A stretch of DNA of 64,000 nucleotides from an uncultured delta proteobacterium (GTDB taxonomy: Bacteria; Myxococcota_A; Polyangia; Polyangiales; B10-G4), in assembly GCA_963727445.1 (NCBI GenBank), contig CAVSGI010000014.1, positions 288,001-352,000 on the forward strand, written 5' to 3'. The position numbers were made by a program, and so were the translations under genes. This document shows, piece after piece, positions 61,927 to 64,000 of this stretch. Position 1 is the first letter of the stretch. Each line of letters starts with the position of its first letter. A model generated the notes under the pieces. It was not told where the DNA came from and did not search any database. It saw only the letters and a list, made by a program, of their open reading frames with translations.

Positions 61927-62706
61927 TCAACCGGCGTCGATCATCAGCTCGCGCGTCAGGTCCTCGAAGACCGCCCGGACCCGGATGAGGCCGCTGTCGC
62001 TCGGCCGGACGTAGACCCGGGCACCGGTCGAGGCGTCGCCACCGAAGAGGCCGCCGTCGTCGATGATCGCGATGTCCGCGCCTTCGATGATCTGCCAGTT
62101 GATCGCCGCGGCGCTGAAGAGCGGCAGCCCGCGCGCATCGAGGAGCGTGCAGCCGAGCTCGATCTTGGTCTCGCGGTCGGCCCCAGAGAGGTTCACGGTG
62201 TACGACCCGCTGGTGTCGAGGCTGTCCATGTCCCACGACGCGCCGCCACCGCCCACGGCGCCGCAGCGGATGTCCACCGCCTCGCGCACCTCCATGCCGA
62301 CGCTGTCGAAATAGCTTCCCGATTGCGCGAGCTCGAGGCGCGCCTGCCCCTCCTCGGTCGTGAAGACGCGCAGATCCAGGCGGCCGGCGCTCGCATCCGC
62401 GCTCGCCGAGCGCATCTCCGCCGCGCCGCTCGCCGTCACGCCGAACGCGCTGAGATCGCAGTCTGAGACCAAGCGCCCCGACGAGTCGCGCTGGGGCCGC
62501 GCGCAGTAGATGTTGCTGTCCACCGACAGCTCCACCCGCGCCGCCACCGGCACGGTCATGGCGCAGCCGCCTTCGGCGCCGGGGCAGAGCCCGTCGTCGA
62601 TCCGCCAGGCGCTTCGGTTCTCGGCGCCGCCGGTCGAGTCACCGGCCATACAGCCCCCGAGGGTCATCGCGAAGGTCAAAGCCAACGAGAAGCGCATCAT
62701 CCTCAT
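61927..62706 (-). CDS. Hypothetical beta-rich lipoprotein
   Basis: Lipobox LGGC; GGAGG RBS; several Cys. Confidence 0.7.
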   Translation of the reverse strand: MRMMRFSLALTFAMTLGGCMAGDSTGGAENRSAWRIDDGLCPGAEGGCAMTVPVAARVELSVDSNIYCARPQRDSSGRLVSDCDLSAFGVTASGAAEMRSASADASAGRLDLRVFTTEEGQARLELAQSGSYFDSVGMEVREAVDIRCGAVGGGGASWDMDSLDTSGSYTVNLSGADRETKIELGCTLLDARGLPLFSAAAINWQIIEGADIAIIDDGGLFGGDASTGARVYVRPSDSGLIRVRAVFEDLTRELMIDAG

Positions 62707-62853
62707 CCTCCGCTTCGTTCATTGTGCAGCCTTCATGCCTCCCGTCGAACCAAGGGTTTGTCGATGTGGGGCGAGGTGGGATGTGAGCGGCGGTTCACGC
62801 CCAGAACGGCGGGATGGGCGCGGTGGCACAATCCGCTGGCACAGCGCTCCCCC

Positions 62854-63951
62854 TCAGCGACGCCACACCTCGTATCCGATGAGCCGCCCGTGGCGCGCGT
62901 CGACCACCCCGACGTAGCTGCCGCCCGACTCCTCGCCGTAGACCACCAGCCGGTCGCCCCTCGCAACGGCGCGCACCTCGTTGGCGTATCGCGAGTGACC
63001 GATGGAGCCGATGCTGCCGACCGACGACCGCCACTCGATCGCTCCACTCTCTGGCGCCAGGCCGAAGCCGTAAGCGCCCGACGCGCCCGAACAATACGAG
63101 ATCGCCACCACGTGCTCGCCCGCCTCCACGATCACCAGGTGATCGTCGAAGATCTGCGCTGGCTCGATGGGGCTCCGCCAGCGCACGGCGCCCGTGCGTT
63201 CGAGCGCCATGCCCTCGCCGTGGCGAAGCACGCGGTACGCATCGTCCGGCCCCCCGCGGCTGCCTCGGGCCGTCCCCGCCACCGCATCCGGTGGCGCATC
63301 CGGCGCCGGCGCGCGGATTTCCGTCCCGAAACGCCTGCGCGCCTCGAGCGAGCCGCCCTCGGCATCGAGCACGTGGAGCATGTCCCCCGCGCCGCGCAGG
63401 TACACGAGGATCCGACTCTCGTCGAAGTCGAGCTGGATCCTCACCTCGCCACGTTCCTCGAGCTCGTGCGCCCGATGCCACAGCTCGTCGCCGCTCTCTG
63501 CGTCGATGGCGACGACGACGTAGCCGCGCTCCGCCCGCGCCGCGACGTAGAGCGGAGAGCCGAGGGTGCTGCCGATCACCGGCTCGCCTTCGAGCCCGAG
63601 CGCGAAGCGCTTCGTCCACGCCGGTGCGCTCGGCGGGTCATCCTCCTCACGGTTCTCTCGGATCACCTCGAGCTCGGCGCCCGCCCGCCGCGCCACGAAG
63701 CGGCGCGGCGCATCGACGATGTGCTGCGCGGTGTGACCACAGAGCGCGCCGTCACCGAAGGACGCCGTGTCGCGGTCCGGAACCGTCACGTACCAGCGAA
63801 AAGGCTGCTCCGTCGTGGGCACCTCCACGGGCTCCTGAGGAGCCGGCGCTGGCGGTGGTTGGGGCGCGAAGACCGGCTGGGTGTTCGCTGGCTCGTCACA
63901 CGCGAGCAACATCGTCAGGACGAGCCACGACATGGCGGCATCATACGTCAC
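62854..63951 (-). CDS. Lipoprotein with PQQ-like beta-propeller repeats
   Basis: Lipobox LLAC; VVAIDAESGDELW, LHVLDAEGG, GLAPESGAIEW, VVDARHGRLI. Confidence 0.7.
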   Translation of the reverse strand: MTYDAAMSWLVLTMLLACDEPANTQPVFAPQPPPAPAPQEPVEVPTTEQPFRWYVTVPDRDTASFGDGALCGHTAQHIVDAPRRFVARRAGAELEVIRENREEDDPPSAPAWTKRFALGLEGEPVIGSTLGSPLYVAARAERGYVVVAIDAESGDELWHRAHELEERGEVRIQLDFDESRILVYLRGAGDMLHVLDAEGGSLEARRRFGTEIRAPAPDAPPDAVAGTARGSRGGPDDAYRVLRHGEGMALERTGAVRWRSPIEPAQIFDDHLVIVEAGEHVVAISYCSGASGAYGFGLAPESGAIEWRSSVGSIGSIGHSRYANEVRAVARGDRLVVYGEESGGSYVGVVDARHGRLIGYEVWRR

Positions 63952-64000
63952 AGAGCGCTAGCGGAACTGCGCCAGTCGTCGCATGCTGTCTGGCATGCGC

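Noticed and set aside
62725..62740. Possible sigma-54 motif AGGCATGAAGGCTGCA upstream of the 62706 lipoprotein
   Set aside because: GG-N10-GC spacing fits but the flanks are weak, so it is not listed as a feature.

Overview
Very GC-rich bacterial chromosomal window. The gene content (pfa-type PUFA synthase, several eukaryotic-like Ser/Thr kinases, RCC1 and Cys-rich lipoproteins) points to a myxobacterium, probably Polyangiales/Sandaracinaceae-like (inference). In order: (1) two tandem, translationally coupled alpha-2-macroglobulin-like genes on the minus strand, one missed by the ORF track; (2) a divergent myxobacterial-type PUFA synthase cluster pfa1-pfa2-pfa3 (ER; KS-MAT-3xACP-KR-DH; KS-CLF-DH array-AGPAT; no visible AT in Pfa3); (3) an uncharacterised envelope operon (HupE/UreJ, beta-propeller lipoprotein, DUF4331, TPR, small exported protein) with a divergent beta-barrel gene, carrying three ATCC-N16-CGTA ECF-type promoter motifs; (4) a TetR/amidohydrolase pair with a double operator, a PspA operon, panE, FIST + histidine kinase, a tandem FKBP, a class III aminotransferase, a pseudokinase, a subtilase, a Ser/Thr kinase, an RCC1 lipoprotein, an NhaP-type antiporter, GH92, an S1-domain protein, a chalcone-isomerase-fold protein and a large helical-repeat kinase. 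A dispersed ~90-nt palindromic element occurs in frame in the PUFA synthase linkers and once upstream of the macroglobulin gene. Many single-base frameshifts between about 3.6 and 19.5 kb look like long-read assembly errors. I found no rRNA, tRNA, CRISPR array or transposase. All calls come from motif reading; no database searches were run.
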